In this document: piece after piece, positions 6,865-16,409 of the stretch
How positions within the stretch are numbered: position 1 is the first letter of the stretch
How the letters are laid out: each line of letters begins with the position of its first letter
DNA from: a virus
Lineage: Duplodnaviria > Caudoviricetes
Strand: one strand, 5' to 3'
Length of the DNA stretch: 50,256 nt
IMG/VR virus record: IMGVR_UViG_3300005286_000035
Span: 1-50,256 of that record
Position numbers and translations under genes: made by a program
The notes under the pieces: model-generated
Told to the model about the DNA's origin: nothing
Databases searched by the model: none
What the model saw: only the letters and a program-made list of their open reading frames with translations

Positions 6865-7477
6865 ATACGTCCACCCGCGTCTTCGTCTCTCGCAGGTTGA
6901 ACGTTACGCTGGCTTTATACAGCAGGCACTGGACAACTGGCCACGGGAGACATACTTCGAGATTCCAGCGGGTATCTCACCAGTTACATTCGCGGCTCGT
7001 CTTCGGGATGCTGTCGCGTCATACCGGCGCTATCGCTGGCCTGGACTTAACATCGACGATGCTAAGTTCAACGCCATCGACGGCGCTTTTGTCGTTCGGG
7101 ACCCGGACCCTACCGGCAAGGTCTATTGGGCGCACAAACTCCCACAAGGACGCACCGTTGCGGGTGCTGTGGGCTGCGAAGCTGTTGTGCGTCCTACCGC
7201 CAAGATGCCCAAGTCCCAACGGATCGCGGGGTCCTACGTCCACACCGAATCCCAATCCGCCCAGCTCGGGTCCAGTTCGTTGGTTATCGCTGACACCTCC
7301 CCATACACCACGGACGACTGGCTCACCATCGCCAAGCTGGTTGCCTTTGGCGTCCTCCGTATACCCATCGAGGTAATCGGCGAGCTGCCACAAGATTTGC
7401 AGGCGTTGCTCATGGACACCTACCCCGAGGTCGGTGTCGCGTTCAACTCCGCAACCCAACGAACCGTCATCCTCTAA
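6857..7477 (+). CDS. Hypothetical protein (206 aa)
   Basis: Long ORF in operon context. Confidence 0.8.
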   Translation: MTEYVHPRLRLSQVERYAGFIQQALDNWPRETYFEIPAGISPVTFAARLRDAVASYRRYRWPGLNIDDAKFNAIDGAFVVRDPDPTGKVYWAHKLPQGRTVAGAVGCEAVVRPTAKMPKSQRIAGSYVHTESQSAQLGSSSLVIADTSPYTTDDWLTIAKLVAFGVLRIPIEVIGELPQDLQALLMDTYPEVGVAFNSATQRTVIL

Positions 7478-7488
7478 CTACCCGTCCC

Positions 7489-7971
7489 ATGGGAGCATCC
7501 ATACTCGAACCACTATTCCCTTATCGTCATCTTGACCAAGACCACCTCATCAGGGTTTCGGTCCGCGTGTGCCCGCGTGACAAACAGCGCGTGGCCTCTA
7601 TCATCCCCGACCTGGGTATCCACACTCTCATCGTTCAAACCGTCTATTCCCAAATCTCCAAGTTCATCATCTCGAACAACCTGACCTACAATGACGCAGA
7701 CCAACAACGACTCCTCGACTTCATCCGTGCCGCCGAGTTCTTCGACCAAGGTGCCGTTCGCGGACCAGCCCCTGTCGGCGCTTCTGGGACTATCCCTGGC
7801 GGACATGTCACCGGAGGAGCTACGCCAATATACGACGCACCTCCGAGCCATGCGAACAAACGCACCGACGCTGGAAAAAGCAATCGCAAAGGACGCGCCG
7901 AAAAAGGCGAAGGCATCCAAGTCCAAGGCGTCGAAAGACTCCGGCAAGTCAAAGGAGGCGCTTGTAAATGA
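7489..7971 (+). CDS. Hypothetical protein (160 aa); 3' half overlaps another ORF
   Basis: Globular N-terminal ~85 aa; its stop overlaps the ATG of the nuclease (ATGA). Confidence 0.65.
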   Translation: MGASILEPLFPYRHLDQDHLIRVSVRVCPRDKQRVASIIPDLGIHTLIVQTVYSQISKFIISNNLTYNDADQQRLLDFIRAAEFFDQGAVRGPAPVGASGTIPGGHVTGGATPIYDAPPSHANKRTDAGKSNRKGRAEKGEGIQVQGVERLRQVKGGACK

Positions 7972-7984
7972 ATACGGCGACTGA
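7691..7984 (+). CDS. Hypothetical Lys-rich protein (97 aa), ends EYGD
   Basis: Helical core LADMSPEELRQY, a basic tail and the shared EY(G)D terminus. Confidence 0.65.
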   Translation: MTQTNNDSSTSSVPPSSSTKVPFADQPLSALLGLSLADMSPEELRQYTTHLRAMRTNAPTLEKAIAKDAPKKAKASKSKASKDSGKSKEALVNEYGD

Positions 7985-9005
7985 ACAAATCCGAGACTAC
8001 GCCCCCGGCGAGCGTCTGCCCACCGGCGTCATCCCGATCCCACTCGTCGGTGGGGCGTTTATGATTGACAACTCGTCCACCGAGAAGATCATGACGTGCC
8101 ACCGTGCGGCTGAGTATTACATCTCCCGCAAGCGTGAACTCAACAAACCACGCTCCGCGCTGGAGTTCGGTAAGATCATCCACCGCGCGCTGGAAACCCG
8201 CTACCGCGAAGCTGGCACCCACTTCGACGCCGATGCCCTGTACAAGTCCCTCGCAACCCTCCGCGCCGGCTTCGACTCGTGGTCCCCGGATGACCCGGAG
8301 GAGTTCCGCAACTACGACACCGGCATCAAGGTCCTGTCCAAGTACCACGACGACTTCCAGTTCGAGGACTTTGAGGTGTATCGCTTCCCGGACGGCCAGC
8401 CCGCTGTCGAATTTCCGTTCGCAATCCCATTCGGCACCGTGACCCTGTCCCACCCCGGCGCCTGGGTCCGTGACGAAAGCGGGCGGGTCTACTTCGACCC
8501 GAACCTCCAAGAAATCCCCGTCGTCATCAAAGGCAAGATCGACCTGATCTACCGGCGTGAGGGTGGTCTCTACGGCCTTGACCACAAGACCACCTCCATG
8601 ATGGGACCACAATACTTCACCGAGTTCGAGCTGTCTTCCCAAGTCCACACCTACTCGTGGGCTATCGAGCGGCTGACCGGCCAGCTCCCTTCGGGCTACA
8701 CCATCAACGGACTCGGCATCCGCAAACCAACCAAGACGGGCAAATCCCTGGAGTTCATCCGGCACACCATCCCGGTCTTCCCGGGGCTCGTACGCGAATG
8801 GGAGCAAGACACCCTGCACATCCTCGGCCAGTTCTTGGAACAGTGTGTCACCGGCTACACTCCCAAGATGACGAAATGGTGTGTTGCCAAGTACGGTATC
8901 TGCGAGTACAAAGGTGTCTGCGGTCTGCCCGACCCGGACCACCGGCTGCTGGCACTGTACTCCAACGAATACCGCGACGTCACCTGGGACCCGTTGAAGG
9001 AGTAA
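7968..9005 (+). CDS. PD-(D/E)XK Cas4/RecB-like exonuclease
   Basis: N-terminal Cys (TCHR), ALEFGKIIH, VEFPF, KGKIDL, LDHKT and QVHTY motifs, and a C-terminal C-x6-C-x5-C Fe-S-type cluster. Confidence 0.88.
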   Translation: MNTATEQIRDYAPGERLPTGVIPIPLVGGAFMIDNSSTEKIMTCHRAAEYYISRKRELNKPRSALEFGKIIHRALETRYREAGTHFDADALYKSLATLRAGFDSWSPDDPEEFRNYDTGIKVLSKYHDDFQFEDFEVYRFPDGQPAVEFPFAIPFGTVTLSHPGAWVRDESGRVYFDPNLQEIPVVIKGKIDLIYRREGGLYGLDHKTTSMMGPQYFTEFELSSQVHTYSWAIERLTGQLPSGYTINGLGIRKPTKTGKSLEFIRHTIPVFPGLVREWEQDTLHILGQFLEQCVTGYTPKMTKWCVAKYGICEYKGVCGLPDPDHRLLALYSNEYRDVTWDPLKE

Positions 9006-9009
9006 TCCC

Positions 9010-9207
9010 ATGAACCCACGTCCACCAGATTACGTCCTCAGGGTTAAAACCAAGGACGCCAATAACCGTGACAACACCCGGGCCGGGGCGGCTTGGAGGA
9101 ACCCAGACCAGAGTATCACGATTCGGTTGAATCCCGCAATTAGCCTGAACTACACCGATAACTATCTTATTACACTATTCCCCAACAACGACCCAAAACC
9201 TGAATGA
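9010..9207 (+). CDS. Small protein, DUF736-like GAAW motif
   Basis: RAGAAWRNPDQSITIRL; AAGGAG upstream. Confidence 0.6.
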   Translation: MNPRPPDYVLRVKTKDANNRDNTRAGAAWRNPDQSITIRLNPAISLNYTDNYLITLFPNNDPKPE

Positions 9208-9389
9208 AATCCGCCGCCATCAAAAAAGAAGTCTTGCGTCGGTATAACGACCAGCGCCGGGCAATCAACCAAACACCCGCGTACGAGCTGTCACGCCAAG
9301 TACAGATCGTCATCGAGGTCCTCTGCGAGGAGTTCACGCGCGATCTCAAAAGGGCCGAACAGTCTCACCTCATCCACTACCACGATTAA
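9204..9389 (+). CDS. Hypothetical protein (61 aa)
   Basis: ATGA-coupled and abuts the next ATG. Confidence 0.65.
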   Translation: MKSAAIKKEVLRRYNDQRRAINQTPAYELSRQVQIVIEVLCEEFTRDLKRAEQSHLIHYHD

Positions 9390-10163
9390 ATGAAATCCAC
9401 CTCCTTCAAACCTGACGCATCCTGCGCCATCCTCCTCGTCGGCGAGCCAAAAACCGGCAAGACCAACCTCGCCTTCGCCTTCCCAAACCTCGGCATCATC
9501 GACTGCGACCTCAACCTCGCAGCCGCCGTCCGCCGTTGCCCCAGCAAAGTCTTCGACTACGAGCAGCCTGCCGTCCTTCCAGACGGCAAGGAACGCCCAG
9601 AGGTCGACCGCTGGAACTTCGTCGTCGAGAAGACCAAAGCCTATATCGCCGACCCGTCCATCCAGACGATCTTCGTTGACGGCCTGGGCGTCCTGTACGA
9701 AATGTGCATGGCCCATATCGTGCACCAAACCCGTCTCGCCGGCACCAACAAGACCGGCAAGATGGAAATCCAGAACTACGGCGACCTCGCACGCCTCATC
9801 CGTGGCTACGTCATGATGCTCCGTGCGTCCGGCAAGATCGTCCTGGTCTCCTCGCACCAAGCCGCCGAAAAGGACGAGGTCACCGGCGCCTTCCGTTACT
9901 ACCTCAACGTTCCGGGTCAGACGAAAGAAAACCTCGGCGGACTCTTCACCGACGTATGGGCAACTGTCGCCACGCCAGGCATCGGCGGCAAGACCAAGTT
10001 CGCCATCCGTACCAAACCAACCGGCTACCACGTCTCCCTCGGGACGTCCTTCGCCCTCGACGCCGAGATCGACGTCACCGACAAGACACCAGACCAAATC
10101 TGGTCCCTCCTCTCCCCCAAGCTTGGTATCACCGCCAAGACCGTAACCCCGACCGCCGCCTGA
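9390..10163 (+). CDS. AAA_24 / Sak4-like ATPase (ssDNA-annealing recombinase)
   Basis: Walker A GEPKTGKT, IIDCD, TIFVDG Walker B, VLVSSH. It sits between the exonuclease and the SSB. Confidence 0.85.
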   Translation: MKSTSFKPDASCAILLVGEPKTGKTNLAFAFPNLGIIDCDLNLAAAVRRCPSKVFDYEQPAVLPDGKERPEVDRWNFVVEKTKAYIADPSIQTIFVDGLGVLYEMCMAHIVHQTRLAGTNKTGKMEIQNYGDLARLIRGYVMMLRASGKIVLVSSHQAAEKDEVTGAFRYYLNVPGQTKENLGGLFTDVWATVATPGIGGKTKFAIRTKPTGYHVSLGTSFALDAEIDVTDKTPDQIWSLLSPKLGITAKTVTPTAA

Positions 10164-10164
10164 T

Positions 10165-10413
10165 ATGATCCCACGTCCTATTACCATCCGCCCAGTCCTG
10201 AACGGCTATGTCGTCCAGGTCGGCTGTCAAGAAGTCGTCTTCGACAGCACTGACGCACTAATCAGCGGTCTGCGTCATTACCTCTCCGACCCCGAAGCGA
10301 TCGAAAAGGACTACCGAGAGAACGCCTTGCACAAGGACCTCATCAACCGGCCCGCCGCACCCTGCCCAGACCACCCAGTCGGCGTAGCTGGCATCGACGC
10401 CAGATACCGCTAA
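10165..10413 (+). CDS. Hypothetical phage protein (82 aa)
   Basis: ITIRPVLNGYVVQVGCQEVVF motif; operon context. Confidence 0.75.
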   Translation: MIPRPITIRPVLNGYVVQVGCQEVVFDSTDALISGLRHYLSDPEAIEKDYRENALHKDLINRPAAPCPDHPVGVAGIDARYR

Positions 10414-10500
10414 CGACCGCCGCCCGCCCGTAACGCACTTCCCGGGATAACTCCCGGGCCAACAAAAACCAATAGACCCAGTAGATAAACCACCACCACC

Positions 10501-10962
10501 ATGTCCAACGACATCAACGACCTGCAGAACCTTGACCTCTCCACCGTTCCGACTGCACTGCCCGTCCTCGTCGACGGCCAGTACGAAGCGACGGTTGCTG
10601 ACGCCAAGGTCGAGCCTAACTCGAAAGGTGACGGCAACAACTTCAACGTGAAGTTGACCCTGAACCTCCCGGCCAAGGGTGTCATCCAGACCCCGAATGG
10701 TCTCCAAGAGACACAACTCAACGCGGGCTTCCCCGTGTTTGACACCATCTCCATGAAGGAGACCCGCAAGGACGACGGCTCCCTGAAGTACGACCCGCGC
10801 ATCAACCTGGCCAAGTTCCAGGAAGGCGTTCTCGGTACCAAGGGTGCCTTCTTCCCGCTGGAACAGTACATCGGTCGCCGCGTCTTGATCAAGACCAAGA
10901 TCGAGAAGAACGCCGAGTACGGCGACCGCGCCCGCGTGGTCAAGTACACCTACGTCTCCTAA
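10501..10962 (+). CDS. DUF669-like single-stranded DNA-binding protein
   Basis: LVDGQYEATVADAKVEPNSKG N-terminal pattern and an EY near the C-terminus; adjacent to the Sak4-like ATPase. Confidence 0.7.
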   Translation: MSNDINDLQNLDLSTVPTALPVLVDGQYEATVADAKVEPNSKGDGNNFNVKLTLNLPAKGVIQTPNGLQETQLNAGFPVFDTISMKETRKDDGSLKYDPRINLAKFQEGVLGTKGAFFPLEQYIGRRVLIKTKIEKNAEYGDRARVVKYTYVS

Positions 10963-10994
10963 CCGAGACGTACTTCAGCAGGTCGCATAGCACT

Positions 10995-11035
10995 GGCCGG
11001 TGTTGGGGACTAACCTCCTCGGCACCGGCCTTTTT
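10995..11035 (+). terminator. Rho-independent terminator
   Basis: GGCCGGTGTTGGGG/CCTCGGCACCGGCC stem followed by TTTTT, downstream of the SSB gene. Confidence 0.8.
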
Positions 11036-11040
11036 AGTGT

Positions 11041-11331
11041 ATGGATCCCACACCCGAACCCAACTTCCCTCTCCCACGTCGGATGCGCCTGTCCGAGGCG
11101 CCAGACGCCCTGCTCAGACAGGTCATCGAGAAGTCCGGCCGGAACGTCTTCGTCGTCATGAACAAAGCCGGCACCACCGTCCTCAAAGACCCAGGCATGG
11201 ACATGCCTTACCACGTCCGCAATAAAAAGATCGCCGAGAAAGTCGCCCGTGAATCCGGCGGCGTCGCCGTCGACCTGGAAACCGCCATCAAACAACTGGA
11301 AGCCCACTACAAGTCCCGCGCCAACGACTAA
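11041..11331 (+). CDS. Hypothetical protein (96 aa)
   Basis: ORF with arm-typical codon usage. Confidence 0.75.
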   Translation: MDPTPEPNFPLPRRMRLSEAPDALLRQVIEKSGRNVFVVMNKAGTTVLKDPGMDMPYHVRNKKIAEKVARESGGVAVDLETAIKQLEAHYKSRAND

Positions 11332-11348
11332 CCTCCGCCCAGCTTCAC

Positions 11349-12884
11349 ATGTCCTCCTATCCATTCCGCTACCCAGAACAAGCAGTCCTCGTCAACGTCT
11401 CCGAGATCGACGTATCCGGTCGGGTCCGTCAAATCTACCATGACATCGACGGCCTGGCCGAGTCCATCAAAACCAACGGCCTGATCCACCCACCCGTCAT
11501 CAACTCCCACTTCAAGCTCATTGCCGGTGGTCGTCGCATGAAGGCCATGACCGAGGTCCTCAGCCTGACCCAAGTCCCCGTCATGTTCTTGGAGACCCTC
11601 GACGACGCCGACCTGGCACTCCTCGAAGCCGAAGAAAACGCCCGTCGCGAGGCCACCACCTGGCAGGAGGACGTCATGTCCATCGTCCAAGTCCACCGTC
11701 GCAAGACCGTCGCCAAGGCACTCAACGCCGAGCGCTGGACCCAGGAAATGACCGGTCGCCTCCTCAACCGCGGTCAAGCCTCTATCTCCACGGCACTAAC
11801 CCTCGCCTCCTACATCGAGAAGCACGACAAGCAAATCATGGAGGCCCCGGACGCCAAGGCCGCCCTCCGCATCCTCGTCGAGCGCCGAGAGAACGAAGCC
11901 AACGCCGCTCTCGCCCGAGCCACCGTCCCATCCATGGCCGGGCTCATCAAACCCACCACCGACACCAAAGGCGGCAAGGACATCCTCGCCGAACTTCTCG
12001 CCCAGTCCTCATCATCCACCGATGACGACCTCTTCGAGAAGCCGGCCACGCCGTCGACCAGCAACAACTTCAAGCCGGCGGTCACCGGCATCGGCCTGCA
12101 AGCCGCGCGTCCGGTCGAACTTCCGGGTCAGGTCGTCGCGTCAACGCCGGAGATTACCATCCCACTCAGCGCGATGCTGCGTCAGGGCGACATGATGAAC
12201 CTGGACACCTTCTTCGGCCCTAAATACTTCGACCATATCATCACCGACATCCCCTACGGGATCGACATGGGTAACCTCCAGCAGGCCAACACCGGCATGG
12301 ACGTATCCAGCACCGCCGCGGAGCATGACGTAGACGCCAACATCGACCTCATGCAGCGTATGTTCCCGGTGTGGTATGCTGCCCTCAAGGACAACGGCTA
12401 TGCGATCCTGTGGTGTGATGTCCAGCATTGGAATCTCCTCAGTGACTCCGCGACCGCCGCTGGTTTCAAGGTCCAACGCTGGCCGTTGATTTGGTACAAA
12501 ACACACCAGTGTCTCAACCAAGCTGCCCAGTACAACTTCACCAAGAACTATGAAATCGCCATGGTCCTCCGGAAAGGTAACGCGACGCTTGTCCAACCGC
12601 AATCCTCGTCCGTGTGGTCCGGCTCCGGTCTCAACGAGAAAGACCAATTCGGCCACCCGTTCGCCAAGCCGGTCAAGCTCTGGCAGTGGATCTACGACGC
12701 TGTTGCTACGCGGGGTCAACGTGTTCTCGATCCCTTTATGGGGTCCGGGAGTGCTCTGGTGGCCGGCATCCAACGCGGTCTTCAGTGTCATGGCGTCGAA
12801 CTTAACGAATCGCACTACCATCGTGCGGTTGTGAATGTCACCAACGCGTACCAAACCCTAACCCCGAATGTTAAGTTCGTATGA
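11349..12884 (+). CDS. ParB/Srx N-terminal domain fused to a beta-class N6A/N4C DNA methyltransferase
   Basis: N-terminus has LAESIKTNGLIHPPVI...LIAGGRR and EENARRE. C-terminus has motif IV TDIPY, HPFAKP and motif I VLDPFMGSGS. Confidence 0.9.
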   Translation: MSSYPFRYPEQAVLVNVSEIDVSGRVRQIYHDIDGLAESIKTNGLIHPPVINSHFKLIAGGRRMKAMTEVLSLTQVPVMFLETLDDADLALLEAEENARREATTWQEDVMSIVQVHRRKTVAKALNAERWTQEMTGRLLNRGQASISTALTLASYIEKHDKQIMEAPDAKAALRILVERRENEANAALARATVPSMAGLIKPTTDTKGGKDILAELLAQSSSSTDDDLFEKPATPSTSNNFKPAVTGIGLQAARPVELPGQVVASTPEITIPLSAMLRQGDMMNLDTFFGPKYFDHIITDIPYGIDMGNLQQANTGMDVSSTAAEHDVDANIDLMQRMFPVWYAALKDNGYAILWCDVQHWNLLSDSATAAGFKVQRWPLIWYKTHQCLNQAAQYNFTKNYEIAMVLRKGNATLVQPQSSSVWSGSGLNEKDQFGHPFAKPVKLWQWIYDAVATRGQRVLDPFMGSGSALVAGIQRGLQCHGVELNESHYHRAVVNVTNAYQTLTPNVKFV

Positions 12885-13201
12885 AACTCCTACGCTTGCA
12901 CCGAGTGTTGAGGTTTCAGACCCACGTCACCGCCCACGTCGACCTGCGCGTCCGGTCCTTCTTGTTCTGGAAGCAAGACTGGCTTGACATAATTGCCATC
13001 AAGGCGACTGGTAAGGCTTGGTATCTTCCAGGTATCCATCTCACCGCCCGACTCCAACGCCAGCTCGACGCGGCCTTGAGTGACGTCATCGAGGAAGGTA
13101 CCTTGACCGACCTGACGTACGATTTCCCCTCCCGTGTATCACATAAACCTGCCAGAGTTCCTACCAATGACTCAGACACCACGCCCGTTTCGGGTTCATG
13201 A
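12881..13201 (+). CDS. Hypothetical protein (106 aa)
   Basis: ATGA-coupled to the methyltransferase. Confidence 0.65.
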   Translation: MKLLRLHRVLRFQTHVTAHVDLRVRSFLFWKQDWLDIIAIKATGKAWYLPGIHLTARLQRQLDAALSDVIEEGTLTDLTYDFPSRVSHKPARVPTNDSDTTPVSGS

Positions 13202-13388
13202 CGGCCTGACCGAATACATCATCATCGCCATCCCAGACGACGGCGACGACCTCACCCCGTCCTGGTCCATCGCTGACATCTTCCTCTTCCACCCAAAGCG
13301 GGTGCTCGGGGAACGTGTCTACCTCCACAACGTCCCGGACCACATCCGACGTGAAATCGAATCCATCATGTCGAACCCGCTGCTATGA
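13167..13388 (+). CDS. Hypothetical protein (~73 aa)
   Basis: ATG at 13167; its stop overlaps the polymerase ATG. Confidence 0.65.
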   Translation: MTQTPRPFRVHDGLTEYIIIAIPDDGDDLTPSWSIADIFLFHPKRVLGERVYLHNVPDHIRREIESIMSNPLL

Positions 13389-15940
13389 CCGGTAAACGAG
13401 TCCCCAACAAGTTTCCCAAGCATACCAACCCACGTTACCGCATTGCGGTCGTGGGTGAGGCGCCGGGTAAAGACGAGGAAATCGTCGGCGAACCTTTCGT
13501 TGGTTACTCCGGCCGTCTACTCCGCGGCACGCTGGGCCAGCTCAACGTGTCCCTGGACGAGTGTCTCGTCGCGAACGTGTGTCAATTCCGCCCTGACGGT
13601 AACGACATCAGCGACTTCGACTGGGACAGCCCGGAGTTCGAGGACGGGCGACAACTTCTCCAGTCCGACCTCCAAACCTTCCAGCCCAATGTCATTCTCT
13701 CCTTGGGTCGCACCCCGTTCAGGTTCTTCCGGCCTGACCTGTGCTACCCTCTCAAGAAGGGCTACGCCATACCTATCCAGGACTGGCGTGGCTCCATCTT
13801 GCACTGCCACAACAACTACAAGGTAGTCCCCACCTTCCACCCGGCATACATCCTACGCCAGCCGCGGGACATTTTGTACTTCCGGCAGGACATCCAGCGG
13901 TGCGTCCAGCAGGCCCACACGCCGGAGGTCCCCGTCATAACCCGAGACCTGGTCACTCGCCCCACCCTCACCCAGGTCATCGAGTTCATCGGGGACCTCC
14001 GGCTTAACCACACCCCAGCCTCCATCGACTTGGAAGGTTACCCCGACGACACCGGCATCACCATGTTCGGTATCGCACCCTCCCCCACCCGCTGTCTCGT
14101 CATCCCGTTCTGGATCAACGGGCGCCATTACTGGTCCGAAGACGAAGAGCCGATTGTCTGGAAGGTCCTCGCGGACTACATGGCCGACCCGAACTGCCCG
14201 AAGACCGCCCATTCCAACGCGTACGAAGTCTTCGTATCAGCCTGGCGTCATCGTATGCTCATCTGTAACCTCGACGACGACACCCGGTACATGTTCAAGG
14301 AACTCCACCCCGAGGCTGAATCCAACCTCGGTGTCGTCTCCTCCTTCTGCACCCTCGAACCCTACTACAAGGACGAGCGTACCTCCGGCAACACTGAGGT
14401 CAAACTCGTCTACAACGCTAAAGACTGCTGCGTAACCCAGGAGTCCAAAGCTGTTCTCCTTGACAGACTCCGCCAGCATCCCGCCTCGTATGACCACTAT
14501 CGCTTCAACATCCGTATCAACCCAGCCATCAACTACCTCAACCTCCGTGGCTGCAAGTTCGACACCGACCGCGCGCAACAGCACATTCTTACCGAGACCG
14601 CAGCCCTTGCGGAGTTACAAAGTCAGATCGACGCGGCTCTCGTTGAACCCGCCCTCGCCGCCGGTGTCCTCACCCGCAAGCGTAAATCCGACCCGTGGTC
14701 CTTCAACGTCAAGTCGGCGGACCAGAAAAAATGGCTCCTCTACTCCCACTTCGGATTCAAGCCAGGTCGGCGCGGCGAAACGTCGGAAGAAGGTGAACTC
14801 CTTCGGCACTACGTCAAGTCCCGCCAGCCCATCCTCAAGACGGTCATCCAAGCGGTCCGCAAACGCACCCGCATATCGGATATTCAAAAACTGGTCCTTG
14901 ACCCCGACGGACGAATCCGAACTTCATTGGACCTTGTCGGCACGGACACGTTCCGACTTGCTTCAAGGTCTGCGATGTCTATGCTCCCAGATTACAAGGC
15001 AGACGGTTCCCTCCGTGAATGGGTTAACACCGGCACGAATCTTCAAAATGTCACCAAAGAGCTGCGAGACTGCTTTATACCAGATTCTCCAGAATACGAC
15101 TTCTGGCAGTTTGACCTTGCAGGAGCCGACGCTTGGACGGTTGCAGCTGACTTGGCAGCGTTGGGCTACCCGGCCATGCTTGAGGATTTACTTGCAGGTA
15201 TCAAGCCTGCCAAAGTCCTCATGCTCCTGCTCGGTGAATACGAAGCAGGCCGGAATCCTGCACTTCTCAACGCCCTCCCTCGCGCGGACCTCAAGCGCCT
15301 TACTAAAGAGCTTGTCATCCCCGAAGGGCGCGACGCCCAAGGACGACCTGGCGACTGGAAGTATCTAGTCTGCAAGAAGGCCCAGCATGGCACCAACTAC
15401 GACGGCTCTTCTGCAACAGTGGCTGAACTCGTGTTCGAAGACTCTGACGGACTGGTTGACCTCACTGCAAGTGAGGCCTCAATCTACCAGCAGCTCTATA
15501 AGCTCCGTTATAAACCTGAGAAACGGATCGACTGGATCCGTAGTGAGCTTCGAGATAAGGGCTACCTGGTTACCGCCGCTGGAGTCCGACGCAAGTTCAA
15601 CGGCATCCGGAACCCTCGAGACCCAGAAGACTCCGTCGTCCGAGAAGCCGCCGCGTTCGAGCCCCAGTGTAACACCACCTACGCAACTAACCGAGCATTG
15701 GAGCGGTTGTGGTACGATCCGGCTAACCGCCAATCTACCGGATGGCTCCACGTTGAACCTCTACTACAAATCCACGACGCCCTTGCCGGACAGTATCACT
15801 CCGCCGCCCGTGCTTGGGCACATGAAAAGCTTCGTTCTTACTTCAACAACCCGATGATGATTCACGGGATTCCGGTCACCATCCCCGCCGACGGCGGCTG
15901 GGGTGAGAACTGGAAGAATACCAAACACGAACTACTGTAA
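13385..15940 (+). CDS. polA: Family A DNA polymerase with N-terminal family-4 uracil-DNA glycosylase-like domain and 3'-5' exonuclease
   Basis: UDG: VVGEAPG..E...GEPFVG.SG and TFHPAYILR. Exonuclease: SIDLE and YNAKD. Polymerase: NLQN, motif A QFDLAGADA, motif B KKAQHGTNY, motif C LQIHDAL. Confidence 0.95.
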   Translation: MTGKRVPNKFPKHTNPRYRIAVVGEAPGKDEEIVGEPFVGYSGRLLRGTLGQLNVSLDECLVANVCQFRPDGNDISDFDWDSPEFEDGRQLLQSDLQTFQPNVILSLGRTPFRFFRPDLCYPLKKGYAIPIQDWRGSILHCHNNYKVVPTFHPAYILRQPRDILYFRQDIQRCVQQAHTPEVPVITRDLVTRPTLTQVIEFIGDLRLNHTPASIDLEGYPDDTGITMFGIAPSPTRCLVIPFWINGRHYWSEDEEPIVWKVLADYMADPNCPKTAHSNAYEVFVSAWRHRMLICNLDDDTRYMFKELHPEAESNLGVVSSFCTLEPYYKDERTSGNTEVKLVYNAKDCCVTQESKAVLLDRLRQHPASYDHYRFNIRINPAINYLNLRGCKFDTDRAQQHILTETAALAELQSQIDAALVEPALAAGVLTRKRKSDPWSFNVKSADQKKWLLYSHFGFKPGRRGETSEEGELLRHYVKSRQPILKTVIQAVRKRTRISDIQKLVLDPDGRIRTSLDLVGTDTFRLASRSAMSMLPDYKADGSLREWVNTGTNLQNVTKELRDCFIPDSPEYDFWQFDLAGADAWTVAADLAALGYPAMLEDLLAGIKPAKVLMLLLGEYEAGRNPALLNALPRADLKRLTKELVIPEGRDAQGRPGDWKYLVCKKAQHGTNYDGSSATVAELVFEDSDGLVDLTASEASIYQQLYKLRYKPEKRIDWIRSELRDKGYLVTAAGVRRKFNGIRNPRDPEDSVVREAAAFEPQCNTTYATNRALERLWYDPANRQSTGWLHVEPLLQIHDALAGQYHSAARAWAHEKLRSYFNNPMMIHGIPVTIPADGGWGENWKNTKHELL

Positions 15941-15941
15941 C

Positions 15942-16409
15942 ATGCACACCATCCTAAACAACACCCGCGAGTTCATGGACAAGTTCGGACAGACCGTCCG
16001 CAACCGTCCTACCGATACACTCCCGACCTCCGAAGTCCTTCTGCGTGTCTGTCTGATCGCTGAGGAACTCCGCGAGCTGGCGGTAGCGGCTGGGTTAAAG
16101 TTCGACTTCCGCGTCTCATCCACCGCCGGGATTACCAGCCAGGTCAACCTCCCTGACGTCCTCGACGGCCTAACCGACCTCACCTACGTCGTCGCCGGCG
16201 CTTATCACACCTTCGGCCTGGCCCACCTTGGTCCAGTCGCCTTCACCGAGACCCACCTCTCAAACATGTCCAAGGTCTGGCCCGACGGCACCGTCCGCCG
16301 GCGCCCCGACGGCAAGATACTCAAGCCCGACACCTTCACCCCAGTCAACTACGCTGCCCTCATCGACTCCGACCTCCCGCGCAACCCGTTCAACCCTGAC
16401 GCCAAGTGA
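15942..16409 (+). CDS. MazG-like / PRA-PH NTP pyrophosphohydrolase (possible dUTPase)
   Basis: FMDKFGQ, LIAEELREL, VLDGLTDLTYV, SNMSK and RRPDGKILKP motifs. Confidence 0.9.
   Translation: MHTILNNTREFMDKFGQTVRNRPTDTLPTSEVLLRVCLIAEELRELAVAAGLKFDFRVSSTAGITSQVNLPDVLDGLTDLTYVVAGAYHTFGLAHLGPVAFTETHLSNMSKVWPDGTVRRRPDGKILKPDTFTPVNYAALIDSDLPRNPFNPDAK

Noticed and set aside
7968-9005. CRISPR-associated Cas4
   Set aside because: No cas1/cas2 or array is present. Its context with a Sak4-like ATPase and SSB indicates an ordinary phage recombination exonuclease.
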